From Spizellomyces punctatus DAOM BR117 (lineage: Eukaryota), in the NCBI GenBank assembly GCA_000182565.2, contig KQ257459.1: 64,000 nucleotides of DNA; one strand, given 5' to 3'. Below, piece by piece: positions 12,491-25,608 of the stretch (its first letter is position 1; the number at the start of each line of letters is the position of its first letter). The translations under genes and the position numbers were made by a program. The notes beneath the pieces were generated by a model. It was given only the letters and a program-made list of their open reading frames with translations, made no database searches and had not been told where the DNA came from.

Positions 12491-13898
12491 TCACAACAAC
12501 GTTTGAATGGACGAAGGCAGGTAACTCCTCATCTTGGTCCTTGTTTTCTCCAGCCCAGCCTTACCAGCCTTCATGATTGAAGACGATGAGGCATCATGTT
12601 GCTGGTTCTGTTCGTCTGCGACTAGAAGGTCCGATATAAGTTCTACTAGACTTCGGATCTCGTAATACTCTCCTTCGGTTTGCAATTCACGAAGGGATTG
12701 CTTGTCCTCAATTTGAGTTATAGTGTCAACGCCTAGTAAAAGACATGAGTAACGGTGCAAAATACCGTTGGCGTGTGCAGACTTACCGCGCAGCCAATTC
12801 AAGATATGCCTGAATTGTGTCCCATCCCTGTCGATAAAGTATGCTCCATCCGTCATGCTGCACTTGATCCTGCCCTTTGAGCTGTTCCCGAATAGTTGCG
12901 CTAATAGCGACTCAGGGTCAGCGCAGAGTGTCGCGCGGGTTGTGGTGAAGGGTATCCCGCCTACAGACAGCTTGATGGTTTGGGTAGGGGAAGGTGCAAG
13001 CGAGAGGTCAATCAAGTTACTAAGACGTGTCCGCAAGGCAACAGCGGTGGTGGTGGGTTGGATGGTTGGTGACGGCGGAAGTGGTTCTGGTGTTGGTTGG
13101 GGGGAATCGGAAGGTGAAATCGGGACAGGTTCGCGCGACTGGGGACGTTGATAGGGCGGCGTCTATGTGTACATTAGCAACTTGCCATCGTGAATAAAAT
13201 GTAACAATGGTTAACAAACCTTTTGATATGCAACAACTGCCCGTAGCACCGCCATCGCAAACACTCCACTAATCCAGACCTGAAATCTCACAAGAGCCTG
13301 TCCCCATACCACCAGCTTTTGCTGAATTGCGTATTCCGCGTCTAGAATGCGCAAGAAATCTAGAGTGTGGTCCAAGATCTGTGTGAGGGTCGAGGGAATG
13401 GGAGACTGTTTGAGGAGAATGGCCAGAGTAACAAAGACATTTGTGATCGTGTGGGATATCAGAGTCAGGAGCTCCGCTGGAACATTTAGATATAAGAATC
13501 CCTGTCAGAACACAACAATGGAGACGACTTGTCCCACTACCTCCGTTTAATGCTTCTCTCTTCTTTGTCCCTTTGCTTCCGTCGACGCCCTGTTCGGCAG
13601 TCTCCGGCACATGGTCATCGCCCCGCGGACCTTCTTTCTCCATTCTAACTCTTGAGGCACTCTCCGCCACTTCCACTTCTCGGTACATTTGTGACTGAAA
13701 CTCTCTAACAAAGGAAAACACCCTGGAGTTCACTGTAACGGCGCCTTGAACGAGGCGTATACCAGCGTCTTCCAGCCAGGCTTGGTCTGTGTGCTGCGAA
13801 GACATGTCGCTCACGCCAACGGTTCGAGGAGTGGTATTGGAGGCACGCGGAGGTGAGGACGTAGGAGTAAGTGTGCGTGTGAGAACAGAGGGTAACAT
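12491..13898 (-). CDS. KCTD/T1-type BTB-POZ domain protein with an uncharacterised N-terminal helical/hydrophobic region
   Basis: IKLSVGGIPFTTTRATL..DPESLLAQLF..YFIDRDGTQFRHILNWLRG..EGEYYEI is a BTB_2 signature. Three GT-AG introns link it to the upstream exons. Confidence 0.85.
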
Positions 13899-14630
13899 GA
13901 CTGCTGTGTTCCGTCTGATGGCAGGCTAATCTGCGTTCTTCAAAACGGGGCGAAAGGCTGCAAGTATGCCTGCAAAGCCCTTGTTATCCCTTTTTTTTTT
14001 GCAAGTGACCCCTGCAGCTGTCCCTTCGGACCTTTTCAAACGAGAGGCACCAGGAAAGACCATCATCAACACACGTGTAAAAACGCGGGATGGACGCGCT
14101 TGAAGGGAAACGCGTTCGTTTTGGTCATTGCGAGGACGATGGCATTCGTCTTTTTGAGCATTTCGGAGAGGAGATGCCAATAAACATGCATGGGGGTCAC
14201 AGCAGTCAAGACGGGTGGGCGTTAACGAGAAGAAAATGTGTTGTCGTGGGCTCAAAAGGGCCTTAATCTGTCTGCAGGCCAATAAGAATTCGCAAGTGTG
14301 CCTTGACGATGCAAATGTCGTCAAGCTATTTGTAAGTCAGGACAACAGCTCGCACATTGAGAAAAAGGCCCCCACGATGTATGAACCTGTCCATGTAATG
14401 TCCATCCGGATGCAGCATTCATTTGAAGCCAGTCGCGGATGCGCCATTCCAGTTCATTGTTCACCCCACGCCCACGCATCACTCCATTCACCAAATGGCA
14501 TCACCTCTTTTGTTCAAAATGCTGTCAAATCCACTAGTGTTAAAGAGTTTTTCTGTCCATTTCAGTGCATGCCAATGACATGACGCGTAGACGAGTTTGC
14601 CGAAACGATCCTTCAGGCTTGTCGATCTCA

Positions 14631-15255
14631 ATGGGAGAAGATCAGCGGAAACGAAAAAGGGAGGACCCGCAGGACGAGACTCGCTCGACATCTTCTCTCA
14701 AAGACTCCTCACCATCGAAACCTCCACCGCGACAATCGTCAAAGATTACCGTGGCTGGCTTCCCTTGGCAGTATCTAAAGATTCGGCTGTAAGGGCATGC
14801 GATAGGAAGGCACCTACACTTTACTGATTCACAAACCATTCATAGAACGACCGAACCTCCTTCTGCTCTTGAGCAAGTGCACTATCGGAATGCTATCAAC
14901 CACGCTCTACAGGAAGCCTTTGGAGCGGTGGGGGCGGCACACCATGTAGATCTTCTTGATTTCGAGCAAGATAGTCAAGAAGGACTGATAAGAACGCCAT
15001 ATAAGTATGTGTGCATATTGACTGAACCTTTGGCCAGCGATACTGTTGGGATTGGTCGTCAAATACTCTGCCATTTCCGTGCTCACATCTCCCTGGAATA
15101 TTAGGTCTCTTCCGACTGTTCGAGCGGCCCTCAGCCTCCTGCATGAATACCAAAGCAAAGAGTGTCGATTTGACGTGCTGGACTCGTCCCCTTATTTGTT
15201 CACATTCGCTTGCAACAGTCGCCAATGGAGTAGCCAACACAACCAACACCCGTAG
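14631..15255 (+). CDS. RPP14: RNase P/MRP subunit, Rpp14/Pop8 family
   Basis: Three exons give WQYLKIRL..AINHALQEAFGAVGAAHHVDLLDF..LIRTP..VRAALSLL..YQSKECRFDVLDSSPYLFTFACNSR, matching the Rpp14 pattern (YHYMKV, DLFGEV, CAFRVIQVSPFL..GNSR). Start codon uncertain. Confidence 0.8.
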
Positions 15256-15488
15256 CGTTCAATTGCAATGCGATCCTTACCATCCCCAAGACTTTCCCCG
15301 TTCGCACTACCTATATATAAACCCATCCTCCCTCACTGTGTATAATCTTCGTTACAGACTTTAATACATGCTATTTTTGCCTCCGGACCACATGAGCCAG
15401 TCCTTGGATCACACTCTCTAGGATTTGCACGACAAAGTGCGCTTCGGGCCAGCATCTTGCTCGCTGAATCATGGTACATCTTGCAGGA

Positions 15489-18400
15489 CTATGAGTCCTC
15501 CTGCATGATGACACTACCTCCTTCGACAGGAACTTCCTTGACAGGCACCGGTTTCGGCTGTGGTTCAGGTGATTCCGTCGGACCAGCGAGCGCTAGGGCA
15601 TGTGCTGCAATAGACGCCAAAGCGTCCGTGGCTGATGTAGATGTTGGTTGATCAACCTCGTTCACCATGGATTCGGATGGTGGGGGGAATAACTCGTCTT
15701 TGAGATCAGGAAGGAACGAGTCCACATACTTCCATGTCAGCTCCCACAAATTTTGACTTTCCCCTGCTGCCAAAGTCACCTCCGCTGACGGTTGGAACAC
15801 CCCTTGTGTGGACATTACCAGAAGCATATTTTTCAATGACTCTTGCACACCTTCGTACTGCGTACAGATGAGGGTCAGTATGATAAACATTGTTGGTTAT
15901 CACTGGGAATTTACCAAATAGTCCGACTCTCCCATGCTCATTTGCTTCCTCATATAGTCCAAGATTTTGATCCATAGTTGAGGGAGCTCCTTCCAATTCT
16001 GCAAGCGCGGGAGGTATTGTAAAAAGATCTTGCACAACAGGGCTGATGCCCGCATACGCGTCTCATCCATTCCAAGTGGATCTATGCGTGTCATTTCTGG
16101 TCGAAGAAGCTCATCAAGCATTGGGAACAGCACAGTCTCGAAGGAATCAGCCCACACGCTGGGTGAACCAGGGCCACAGCCGGTTTCCAGCTCGGGAGAC
16201 AGAAGGGTTCGCTGCAAAAGGGTAAGTGCATGTTGTCGTACTTCCCGAGCGGGATGGTACGATTGTTGGCTAAGTCCGGAAAGCACAGGCAACCAGAATT
16301 CAAAGAATGCTGCAACATGAAGAGCAGCTCAAGGTTAGCAAAACAGTGAGGGCAGAATGCCTACGAGTCTACTTTGCACCTCTGTTGAACTTCATTCCTG
16401 TTTCTTCGACCAAACTCGGTATTTTCAAGTGTAATTTGAATAGTTTGTCCAAAGCTCGTAACGCGCGTTCGATTGCTACCTGGGTTAGCTGACTAAAATA
16501 GGCTATATTACTACAAAAGGTTTCAACCAAAAAAAAAGCAAAAAAAAGCAAAGCACCAACCTTTTAACCGGCGTCAGTCTTTCCCTGCTCCCCAAACGAG
16601 GACTTGTCGGTGCACTCGATGAAAGGTTTACACTCTCTCCGCCGATAAGGCCTGTACTTCGCCCGCTGGGGGATGCTACCGCAGAGCTGAGCACAATCCC
16701 TCCTGCGGCTGCCGCGAAACTAATCAACAAATCAACGCATTCGCTGAAATTATGAGAACTGACGCATGAATCGGCATTTTCCGACACTAAAATGCAGGTA
16801 GCCTCAAAACTGAAGCGTGATGCTTCTGGATGGACGGATGTGCGCGAGAGAAACCCTATCACAACCTCCCAACGTGCGTTGCGCGTGACGAGGCTTGGGT
16901 CAGACTTGAGCAGAAAGGCGATACCCGCCATGAGAGGTTCGGCGACGCGGTTGAAGGCTTCAGGTGAAAGGGAGTTAACCAAATCAAGCGATTGGAGGAT
17001 TCTCTCCAGCATGTCATCCTACAAAATAAACCAATATCCAGTTAATTCAGCTGGCAACCGATCAAGCCTGTTTACTATCCAGTAAACAACGTAGAAAAGG
17101 TGTAAATTGTTGCGCACCTTATGACCTAGTCTTTGCACCAATCTAAGCAAGCTGGTAACCCCCCGTTCCACCAAAACGGGGTGACAGTCGCCAGAGCTCT
17201 TCAAAATACCGCTGATGTGCTCTAAGACAAGGGGCCACAAAGTCATAATACGGTCCCGATTTTGGATAGTGATGGCGATGAGCAGCTCCAACAAGAAGAC
17301 CGCTGCGGAATCGTACTTTCGAGCTGCTTGATCAGATGGTAGGGGTGCGGTCACAGCTTCACTTCTCTCTGCGCGTGCATCTGAGCCGTCAGGAGACACA
17401 TCCTGCCCTTCCTCCAGCTCGCGCCGCCTCCAAGTAGAATGCTCAGGATCACGATTCTCTTGCACAAAGGACGCCTGCGAGATTATTTCCACTAGCAAAC
17501 GGAGAGTATCCTCTTCAAGGAACCTGAACATGCCAAAGACATTAGCCCTTGGTGTTTATGTGCGAAAATCAGCTTTGTTTGGCGTGTCGTACCTGCTATC
17601 TGCAAAAAGCTGCTCGATTCGGCACGATCGTACACAATGTATTGCTCGTTTCTCGTACTCGACTCCATCTGGCGTCGCTTCGTAATTATCAAAGTCATCT
17701 CCGTTACTTGAACTTAATGAAAGAAAGTTCGATAGCGTTGACAGCAATCCCGCTTCACGGCGTGATCCAGGTGCATTCGGTTTCCGCGATGTTACATCCT
17801 GGTCTCGTAGCCTGGAAATAACCACACTTCCACGGACAAAGTCTTCAACCTGAACCATTGACGCTGGGAGTAACGAATGCAGGAACAAGTTACGCAAGCA
17901 GCCGATTATCTATGACAATCAGCGGGAGGTTGAACAAGGGAAGACGAGGAAGCTCCAAGTGATTCAACAAGGATATACATACCCATCGCCAGCCGCTTTT
18001 CAGGCACGTTCCATACTCGCTTACAAGGGTGAACATGAGCACTGCGGCTACTTGGCCACGGTAGTTCCGGCCGATTTCTACACGCCAGGGATCAATCGGC
18101 CTTCTTGCGTTTCTGTCGTTGTTGGTATCCTCCATAGTAGTATCCGGTGGCAGTCTGCTGGTTTCTTTGAGCATGCCGGTCATCTTCGCCAATGAGATAA
18201 TAAGGCTATCATAGAGTTCCGTTAGGCGATAATGTGCAGCCACAACTGCGCAATTGTGATAGCCTATAACGGCTTTCTGCAATGTCAACTGGTCTTCTGC
18301 ATTATCGAATGCTAAAAAGAACAACATTGCGGTAAGGGGGATTGTGCAAGCGAAATATAGATCAAAAGGGCATACCATAAGATAAAGCCGAAAGGATTGA

Positions 18401-21400
18401 GTCGGATACAGTTCGTAGCATGTCTTTATCGTAGCAGTTCGTACGGCAGGTCAGAACGTCGCCCGCATGTTCAGCCTTTTTCATAAGCTCTTTCCACTGG
18501 TAATTGAAACCTAAATCCCCTTCATGCTCTTCAGGCATAACAATCTCGTTTTCCCGGATAGCCGTATACATTTGTTTCTGCGCGGGGTGTACCAGCGTTA
18601 GCATATCTTCATCCATGAAGTGATCTGCCTGCAAATTGGCACAATACCAAAAACTCTGGCGAGAAATCTTTATTTCCATTCAATCCCCGCAGATTTCTCA
18701 TAAAGTCGTCTAAAGTCATTCTGCGCTGAATACGGAATGAGGGTCGTCTAGCAGGCTAATGAACTCAACGATGGTGTACCAACCCTAACTTGGGGATTGT
18801 GCTGATCAGTGTTCAACATAATCACCGAATACGCAAGAATAAATGTAGCATCCACTGTTTCGATGTCGTGATTTTCTTTGCCTGCGCCATGAGCCGCGGT
18901 TAGCATACTTGTGTGATGAACGCATAGCTCTAATCTGTTCCCGATCATACCCTTTATAGCGTCAAAATAAGCAGAAGCAAAATTCTGCATGATTCGCTCG
19001 ATCTGCTGTGATTCACCAGGGAGTCGAAAGCTTTCCAGCAGCAACCTCAGTGCTTCATCGAATCGTTTCTGAACAGGTGTATCGGATGAGAATACCGTTC
19101 CATCAAATTCACTATTCCTGGCCAACTTACGTCACCAAAATCATACAAGCCAACAAATGCCTTAAGAACATCTACGTGCTTGGGTTTCGACAAGTATTCG
19201 CCGAGGAGCTTTTTATTTACGCTGGCCGTCGTTTTCAGGAAGCGGGCAAGACTTTCGGCATCCAGAGGATCGGGGAGGAAATTGTGAGCTGAATTGAATT
19301 TATATCAGTGTCAATACGTTTAGAAGGACCATATGCGATCATTCACGGATGATGAGAGTACCTTGCAGAAACTTCAACCCTTCCTTGGGATTGTCATTGA
19401 AGCGATCCGTGCCTTCCTTCAGTACACGCTTGCGAGCCTTGTTGAAACGAACGCTATCTGGGGGAGGGAGCTTCGCAAGTTTGAGCAGATGGTTCTCAAA
19501 ATAGTGGTAGGGGTATAATATACCTGGCGATCTGTACATGGTGCCTCTGATGAGGTCTGAGGCCAGTCAATATATATGAATATACTCGTAGTCATATTTC
19601 AAATGTACCTGATATCCCTCCGGTGATTCTCCCAAGCTTGGTGTCATGAACTCGCCATTGTGCGATTTCCGTTCCATTATGTCATTGAGAACCATGAGAA
19701 GGGCATCAAAGCACAGAGTCTGGTGCGCAGTAGTTGATATCGGTCCACCAGGTGTTACATCGGGGAACGAATGCTACAAGAGAAAAGCTGATATCGGTAT
19801 ACGGACGTTAAGCCATCTCATACAGAGGTGTATCCACCTTTGCAAAGAAGGTCACGAGCTCCTCGAAAAGGTGAGACCGACGATCCATATCCCCGTCATA
19901 GTTCACATATAGCTCTACCATAATGCCTGGAATGCGGCATAACTGGATATGCGCCATATATTTTAAAGTTAATGTCAGTTCGCAACGTGCCCTGATTCCA
20001 ACTAACCTGCGCCATGCTTTCTAGCATCAACTCCCGCGCTTCCCCAACAATGACCCCTCCTCTTTGCTGTGCCCCAGCAGCGCTTGCTCGCTGCCACGGT
20101 TCCTTGCTGTGTGTTTCTTTTTTCGCCCAGTCTTCAATATCTAAAGTGACCACACCTCCATCCAGACGGCCCATCGTCCACTCGAGAAACCATTCCAATT
20201 GCAACTTCATATGCTGGCGACTGGACTGAAAGAGTGTAGTTATACACTTCAGCGTAAGAGCCAGAATAGTCAAAGTCGTTACACTAGGTGATTGCGTGGA
20301 AGTGTATGCACTATTTTGCAGGAGCTATGACGAAAGCGTCAGTGTCAGTCCGGTAGTGAGACTCTTCAGCTGGCGTTCACACCTGAAAGAGGTACTTGCA
20401 GAGCTCATTCACTACCAGATCCTTCGCCAAATAAGGGGCGCGCTCCTCCCCATCCTCTGGAATTCCAGCTTCAACTTCTGATTGATACAAAGAACCTTCA
20501 GCCGAACCGAGTGAGGTGCGTCTCGAACTTGAGACATCACGCGAGTCTACATTTGCACCATCTTGCACTATTGATACATATGCGTTGGTACGTTCCGGCG
20601 ATTGCCGTGGATCTGACGATGCACTCTCCTGTTCTTGAGACAAGGCAGACGATTGCGACAGAGTAGCAGAGCGGGTCACTTTGGCAGGGGCTCTGGTTTG
20701 AGGGGTTCGGCGGAGTGGCGAGGTTTTTTCATCGAGGAATCCCCAGCTGACGAGCTTGCCAAGAGAGCATCCTCCCACTTCGAGACCAGCATGAAGAAGA
20801 GTCAATGCCATTGTCCTGTGCATGGAATCTGTATGTTGTTTATTTCGCGGGTCCAATAACGTGACAAGAACTCGCAACATCTCTATGATTGCTGGTAGGC
20901 CAAATGGTTGAAATACATGGTGCACTGGAGTAGAGGGAGTCTCCTCGGCAATGACATTGCCACCAGATGAACTGGTATGAGCAGGAGGGTCGCCTGCATC
21001 GATCCCTGGATCTCTATCGCTTACGTGAGGTTCTTCCACATTTGACAAATGGTGCCCATCTTCCAACGTATGATGTCTGGCAAGGTCCTGTCGCACTGTT
21101 TTAACCCCACCATCCGGCAAAATATAATCATTGCTCGCAAAGGTAATTCGTGGCCCATCGTCTTTAAGAAATTCCGTTTGACCATGGTCCAGTGTTGATG
21201 CCTGCGATCCTCCCACAGATATCATATTCAAGTCCGCAGATCGATGGCCCTCCGACCCCTGCTCAAAAACTGATATTGACGGAGATATGCCACCACTTTC
21301 CGCATGATCCTCGTCGGATACGCCCTTATGATCGGCAGCAGAAGGGCGACGAGTTGGATAAAGTTGCGGGGTCGCAACGACACTACCGCGCAACCTCGCA

Positions 21401-22624
21401 CCACCCTTCTCTATTGGTATACCAATGGATGTGGGTCCGAAGACAGATCGGTTGTCTTCGTGCTCCTTGGCTCGAACCAAGACCGTCAATCTAGCGACAA
21501 GATCATAAGACGGGATGACTCGAAATTGGCCGGCCCATCCGTCATGTATACCTTTCAAATAGTGCTTGCACCAACATTATAAGAGTCTGCTCGGCAGATC
21601 TCCGTAGAAGTTCTAGTAAAAACGAGCAGGTTGACAAAAATAGAGGTAAGCTTTGGGAAAACCGTCCGAAAGCTTACCAGTTATCCGGCCTTGAAAAAAC
21701 ATCCCAAAAGCAACTTCCACCATCTCACAGATGCCCTTGTCATCTAGGCTCTTCTGACCAGCTTCTGACTGGATGATGACGCGCAGAAGTCCCAAGATTT
21801 TGGCTAACACGGCTTCATCTGAAACTGCGTCAGTAGCTTCAAACTTGCAGCGTGTAACAGAATGCGTAAGAGCAGCCATCGCAGAGGGAAGGCCTGGGTG
21901 ATTCGGATCTGCGGATATCTGTTAAGATGCGTGTCCCGGAAAGCGAACACTCCACAACCGACTATACCCAAGACTCGGTATGTGATAAATTTCTCTACGC
22001 TACTTAGTGCAGCTCCTGTGATGGGTCCAGTAGTGTCGCCACTTCGTATAACCTCGAGAAACGGCTCCAGTAGATGTGAGGGGTCTAAATCCCGCAATTC
22101 TAATCACGTCATTTGGGTGAGTTCGAGAGCTTTCTGTGTCAACACAAGCACAGAACTCTGACCATTTAGGAGCATCAAGCGTGCTCGTAGCCGCGCAAAT
22201 CCCTGTAATAAGGGGTTCTCCTGACCCGCAAAATCAGTCGCAGAACTTGAGCATCGCATTTCTCCAGTGAACAAACCTCAACTCCTCCCACACCCCAATC
22301 AGCTGGTCCTAATCCACGCGTGAAATCTACCAAAGCATCAAGATGTGCACGACCATGCGCAACTACATCTTGGCAGAAGTCGTACGGTACAACAGAAGGC
22401 ATGTCTTCTCGTCGAACTCTATCAGCGTGTATACTCCATCGTTGGTTTTTGCGCATAGCAGCAGTAACGCTCACTATCTCCGCCTGAACAATGTATATCC
22501 AGTGGCTCTCTGGTCTTGCGTGTTTCGGTCTGGGGAACACTGATCTACCGTCCCCTACGTGCACACCACCGACATTGGCTGGTAGAACACTCGACACAGC
22601 GATCTGCTCATTCCGGAAGTCCAT
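15489..22624 (-). CDS. GBF1: Large Arf-GEF of the GBF1/Gea1/2 family (DCB-HUS-Sec7-HDS)
   Basis: LEPFLEVIRSGDTTGPITGAAL, VTRCKFEATD, ELYVNYDGD (HUS), FNDNPKEGL, FRLPGESQQIERIM (catalytic Glu finger), YSVIMLNTDQHNPQVR, EIVMPEEH, ETRMRASALLCKIFLQYL, EGVQESLKNMLLVM. Confidence 0.95.
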
Positions 22625-23046
22625 ATTTCCAAACCCAGCGGGGGAAATATATACCGCTCACAACAGAAAAGCTGCGCTCTTCAATATGTCTACCCAACAA
22701 CGGTGGAAATTACCAAGCGCAAGATGGGCCTCAAGAACCGCAATTATGCTGCTTTTAGCGAGAGAAAAGCTTAGAATTCAAAAGGTACTGCCCAGTAGGA
22801 TGAAGAATATCGTCTCCTTACCTCTGCAACCCTTTGCGACACCTCCCAACGCCCAAGGAATGCCGCGAGCCACGGCGGCAGGAAGGCCTGGCTGTTGGAA
22901 GGTCAATGTGCGGAATCGCCACGAATTTAACCACACAAACCGGATGGAATGCATATGGATCCAGTGACATCAGATATTGCAAGCACGTAATCGATGTGCT
23001 TTTGTAGTTCCCTTCTTTCAATCCGCTGGAATTTGACAAAGGAATC

Positions 23047-24548
23047 ATGGCCACCACCGTACGCACTGTCCGTCGTTTTCTGTTAGAAAGTTACAAGCCC
23101 CGCGTATTACATTCTGGTGAGTGCTGCTACCGTTTCTGCGGCATTGCGGATGTCATGGTCCTTATCCTTTTCAAACAGCGCGTGCGGCATCAACGGTTGC
23201 GGGTAGGGAAGTTTTCTCGCCTGCTGTCGCCTTTCTAATTGATAGCAACCATATCGACATTGACACGGTTCGTCGTTTGCCGCGAACCGGTAGGTTACTT
23301 GTACCTTGCACCAACCGGCTGTAGCTCGCGACGTTGGTTAACATTGAACGCTTTCAAGGGCCGAGGAATAGACTCTTGAAAGGGGATGTGCTTCGTTTTC
23401 TGTCAGATCCAAGTGTTTTGGACCAAGCAGTCAATGCGGGGCACACACAAACGTCTCAAGGAGGCGCGCTTGCGGAGGATGCTTCTTTGATACCACCGTC
23501 GTACTACGGGACGGATGTGGTCGTCAACGAGCTGGTGACGTTCGTCAAGAACTTCAACGGTATGTCGCGATAAGCTCCTATCTCTATATACAGAGCATAG
23601 CTAAATTCTTCCATCTCAGATGCGCGAAATTCTAAAATATCCATTAGCGACCTTCTAACCCGAGCATTATATTTAGCACTACAGACTGTCCCGGAAGGTA
23701 TTCAACAATGCATTTACGTCGTTATACGATTTTGACCTCGAGTCTTACGTGAGGCATGTGGCTTTCAATCGGTCCTGACAGTTAACACACGATGGAACGA
23801 GCAGACACAAGCTGCGGAACCAGTCGAGCCAGTTCAAATTCTAATAAATCGTCTGTCCGCTTTTGGAATCTCACGAATGGTGCTGCGAGACCCAAATGAG
23901 ATAGGAGGTGTTAAACTCGGCAAGCTTTTCAAGGTGAGTTTATGCGCTGATTTGCCACGATTGCACACAAGTAGTGGCTGAGTAATCGTAATTGCTCGTG
24001 GTAGGATGAAGGCAACACAGCGGACAGCACTCGGGGACTATTCAGGTACGCAAGAACCTCTAAGATTTGTGGAAATCCGGTCAACTAAACCACTATTCGT
24101 CTATAAAAGCATATATGATGCTGTCTTATCTCCTTTCACCGAAATAGAACCTTCTCTGACCTCTCGTCAGACAGCCCTCTTCAATATCTCCCCAATACGC
24201 AAAGTACATCGCATTCAAGACTCGACAATAACCTCAAAAAGTAGCGACGTGTTGGACTACCTCGCCGGCAATTTTGTATCTCGAACTCCACAAGCATCTG
24301 TCAAATGGCATCCCAATGAACAATCGCCCTCTATACGATCGAGGGTCCGCGACGAGATCGACGTCTTGGCACAGCCAGGGCTCAGCAGTTTTTATACAGG
24401 ATACTTAGATGGCGAGTGTGAGCCTATGGTGAATTACACACTTTCCGTGGACTTGACGGTGGATGCAAGAGCGGTATCTGAAAAGACGGCAAAGAAGTTT
24501 TTAAGTGTATGGCAAACGTTGCTGAAAAATCCCAAAGCACTGCTTTGA
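23047..24548 (+). CDS. PDX1: Pyruvate dehydrogenase protein X / E3-binding protein-like, no lipoyl domain
   Basis: An Arg-rich presequence is followed directly by a peripheral subunit-binding domain (SPAVAFLIDSNHID..RTGPRNRLLKGDVLRFL). A degenerate E2 acyltransferase-like domain follows (ISISDLLTRALYLALQTVPEVNTRW; LTVDARAV..FLSVWQTLLKNPKALL). Confidence 0.8.
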
Positions 24549-24702
24549 AATTAAGGTTGTCGGCGGTCTATTTTTCATCTTTTCTTTCTTTGGCTTTCGA
24601 GATCATTGCTTAAAAAGCCCCCTCCTCTAAACCTACATTAAATACAATATTATGTACATTTGCTACGTGTAACTTCTATGTAATATCTATCCACTTAAAA
24701 TA

Positions 24703-25608
24703 CTATCTTCCCACAGGAGCCAACCTTCTCAATAAGTCTATCGCTCCCTCCAATGCCACCATGTCCTCTTTCATGGCCATGGTGCCAATAAAGGTACCAT
24801 TGGCGTCCAACGCACGATCGTATAGGTGGGATAATCTGGTTTGGAAGCAAGTGGCAAACGCTGATGCCTGAGCGTGTGAATTAATATATCCAAGAAACTG
24901 ATCGAGCGGAGTGGGAAGCGAGGACACCCAAGGGACGTACGAAGTACTCTCGGTTGGGCTGGGCAAACATGTCATGGCTGAGGAAACAGACGAACACGGT
25001 GAGGTAGCCATTGTCGGGGATTGTGGCCAGTTAGTGGCGCTATGCGTGGTGACAACACGAATATCTGGCCTGCGCCTACGCCTGACTTGGTTCCCATAAC
25101 GAGTGTGGTGTCCGGATTGAACAGGGTTACTGTTATCGAACTGGTACATGCTGGACATGACGGCCATGCTATGTGCATAGCGGAGCATGGACTGGACGGC
25201 TGAACCATTGGGATCATAGTCTTGTGAATCCTCCAAGTCCCATCCCGCGTACATTTCCTCTTCGTCGTCACCATACATGGGCCTATTGGTAGCCGTGACG
25301 AACTCATTCCACTGTTCCTCAGTAACAGGAATCTGCTCGAGCATGCCTTCGCGTGCCGAACTGTCGATCACAACAGGCCCTTTATCATCGTCGCTATTGT
25401 AGTCACGTTCGTCGGGGTCCGGAACCATCTCAAACGACATCTCTCCACCAAACACCAGAGGCCTCATCCCAGTTAGTGTTCGTCGCAAGATAGTAGGAGG
25501 GCCGAACTCTGAAGACGACCAAGAAGAGTCCGAGAGACTAATTGTAGTATCGGAAGCGTCGGAGCCCGCTCGACTCGGCGGTCGTAGTAGCATATTGGTA
25601 TTTTCCAT
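24703..25608 (-). CDS. Hypothetical 301-aa protein, intronless, acidic and Ser-rich
   Basis: Uninterrupted 906-nt ATG ORF flanked by AT-rich UTR-like sequence. No family recognised. Confidence 0.7.
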   Translation of the reverse strand: MENTNMLLRPPSRAGSDASDTTISLSDSSWSSSEFGPPTILRRTLTGMRPLVFGGEMSFEMVPDPDERDYNSDDDKGPVVIDSSAREGMLEQIPVTEEQWNEFVTATNRPMYGDDEEEMYAGWDLEDSQDYDPNGSAVQSMLRYAHSMAVMSSMYQFDNSNPVQSGHHTRYGNQVRRRRRPDIRVVTTHSATNWPQSPTMATSPCSSVSSAMTCLPSPTESTSYVPWVSSLPTPLDQFLGYINSHAQASAFATCFQTRLSHLYDRALDANGTFIGTMAMKEDMVALEGAIDLLRRLAPVGR

